Shown in pieces: positions 63,088 to 64,000 of a DNA stretch of 64,000 nucleotides. The stretch comes from Methanotrichaceae archaeon (GTDB lineage: Archaea; Halobacteriota; Methanosarcinia; Methanotrichales; Methanotrichaceae). The translations under genes were made by a program, and so were the position numbers. The number at the start of each line of letters is the position of its first letter. Within the stretch, counting starts at the first letter, position 1. The notes under the pieces are model-generated. The model made no database searches, was not told where the DNA came from, and saw nothing but the letters and a program-made list of their open reading frames with translations. Location of the stretch: contig CAWEXU010000030.1 of assembly GCA_963813075.1 (NCBI GenBank), forward strand, positions 416,001 to 480,000, given 5' to 3'.

Positions 63088-63826
63088 TCAATCCCGGTCC
63101 AGGCCCTCCTGGTCATGACCGATCCTCCAGCGAATCCTCTTTATGATCCCCAGAAGCGCGCGGGCTTCCCTCTCCGTCAGCTCCGCCCGGCCGAAGATGC
63201 GCCTGAGCATCAGTTGGGTATAGTCCACCTTATGCTCGGGATATGCGATCTCTCCGGAGAAGATCTCCTTCCCTCTCCTGCAGCAGATTAAGGCTCACTT
63301 TGCTGGCCATCTGCACAGTGGCCGGGCTATTGCTTCCGTTACGGGAGAGCTCATAGAACAGCACCGCTGCAGAGTGGGAGAGGTTCATCACCGGGTAGTT
63401 CTCTGAGGTGGGAATGGAAACGATCATATCGCACCGGGAGAGCTCATTGCTGTTCAGGCCGCAGTCCTCTCTTCCCAGGAGCAGGGCTACCGTCCCCTCC
63501 TTATCCTGGAGCTTTGCCCCAAGCTCCGCTGGCGTCAGGCAGGGCACCCGCAGGTGCAGACGCAGGTGGTGCTGCTCATGCTCCAGCCTCTTGCCGGTGG
63601 TGCCCACCACCAGGTTCGCCCCTTCCAGGGCCTCGTCAAGGGTTGAGAAGCTGCGAGACATCTGCAGAACGTCCCGAGCATGGGAGGCCATGGCACAGCC
63701 ATAGTCCTCGATCCTGCAGGGGTTGACCAGGGCCAGGTCATGAAAGCCGAAGTTCTTCATCGCCCGCGCTACCGAGCCCACGTTGCCCTCGTAGAGGGGC
63801 TCGACCAAAACCACCCTCAGATTCAT
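63088..63826 (-). CDS. trmJ: TrmJ/LasT-family SPOUT tRNA methyltransferase; frameshift near 63255
   Basis: VVLVEP...GNVGSVARAMKNFG, GRED.GL and YPVMNLSHS motifs; shifted tail YPEHK...MLRRIFGRA.LT.RE. Confidence 0.9.
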
Positions 63827-63831
63827 TGGAG

Positions 63832-64000
63832 CTATCCCTTGGAGACTCCCAGGGGAACCAGCTTGGCCACCCTGGTGGCTATGCCCAGGTTGTGCACCAC
63901 GTCCACCACATCGCCTGAGGGCTTGTAGACCTGGGGAGCCTCCTCGGCCAGCATTCCAGGGGAGGTGGACCGGACGGCGATTCCGTCCCGGCTCAGTGCG
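63832..64000 (-). CDS. rtcB: RtcB RNA ligase, C-terminal end (partial; not in the ORF track)
   Basis: Manual translation ...GIAVRSTSPGMLAEEAPQVYKPSGDVVDVVHNLGIATRVAKLVPLGVSKG*. Confidence 0.92.
   Translation of the reverse strand, partial: ALSRDGIAVRSTSPGMLAEEAPQVYKPSGDVVDVVHNLGIATRVAKLVPLGVSKG

Noticed and set aside
1..64000. Pyrrolysine/selenocysteine read-through or programmed frameshifting as the cause of split genes
   Set aside because: Splits are frame changes rather than in-frame TAG/TGA, lack consistent slippery motifs, and affect unrelated genes.

Overview
Archaeal chromosomal window whose gene content fits a Methanosarcinales methanogen, most likely Methanothrix/Methanosaeta (inference from gene set and protein sequences). 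Positions 1-25.9 kb are mostly housekeeping: Lsm, NifU, cobZ-cobS-cobY, SRP54, ADP-forming acyl-CoA synthetase, PAC2, rpl7ae-rps28e-rpl24e-ndk-aIF5B, thermosome, HemK-like, NOG1, Gar1 and TFB, interspersed with uncharacterised secreted proteins. Positions ~26-48.5 kb form an accessory region ending at the 3' end of a tRNA-Glu(CTC). It holds surface/secreted proteins (pentapeptide-repeat membrane proteins, a Cys-rich Ig-repeat protein, an SH3b-repeat protein, TPR), bacterial-type small enzymes, and a decayed type III restriction-modification locus whose 5' end is duplicated among three toxin-antitoxin modules. Positions 48.6-64 kb are housekeeping again (nth, tRNA-Val, Na+/solute symporter, FBPase/IMPase, NAD kinase, ABC transporter, U32, TrmJ, RtcB). 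About 20 genes carry single-base frameshifts that look like assembly errors. No CRISPR array, integrase or transposase was seen. All assignments come from motif recognition by eye; no database search was run.
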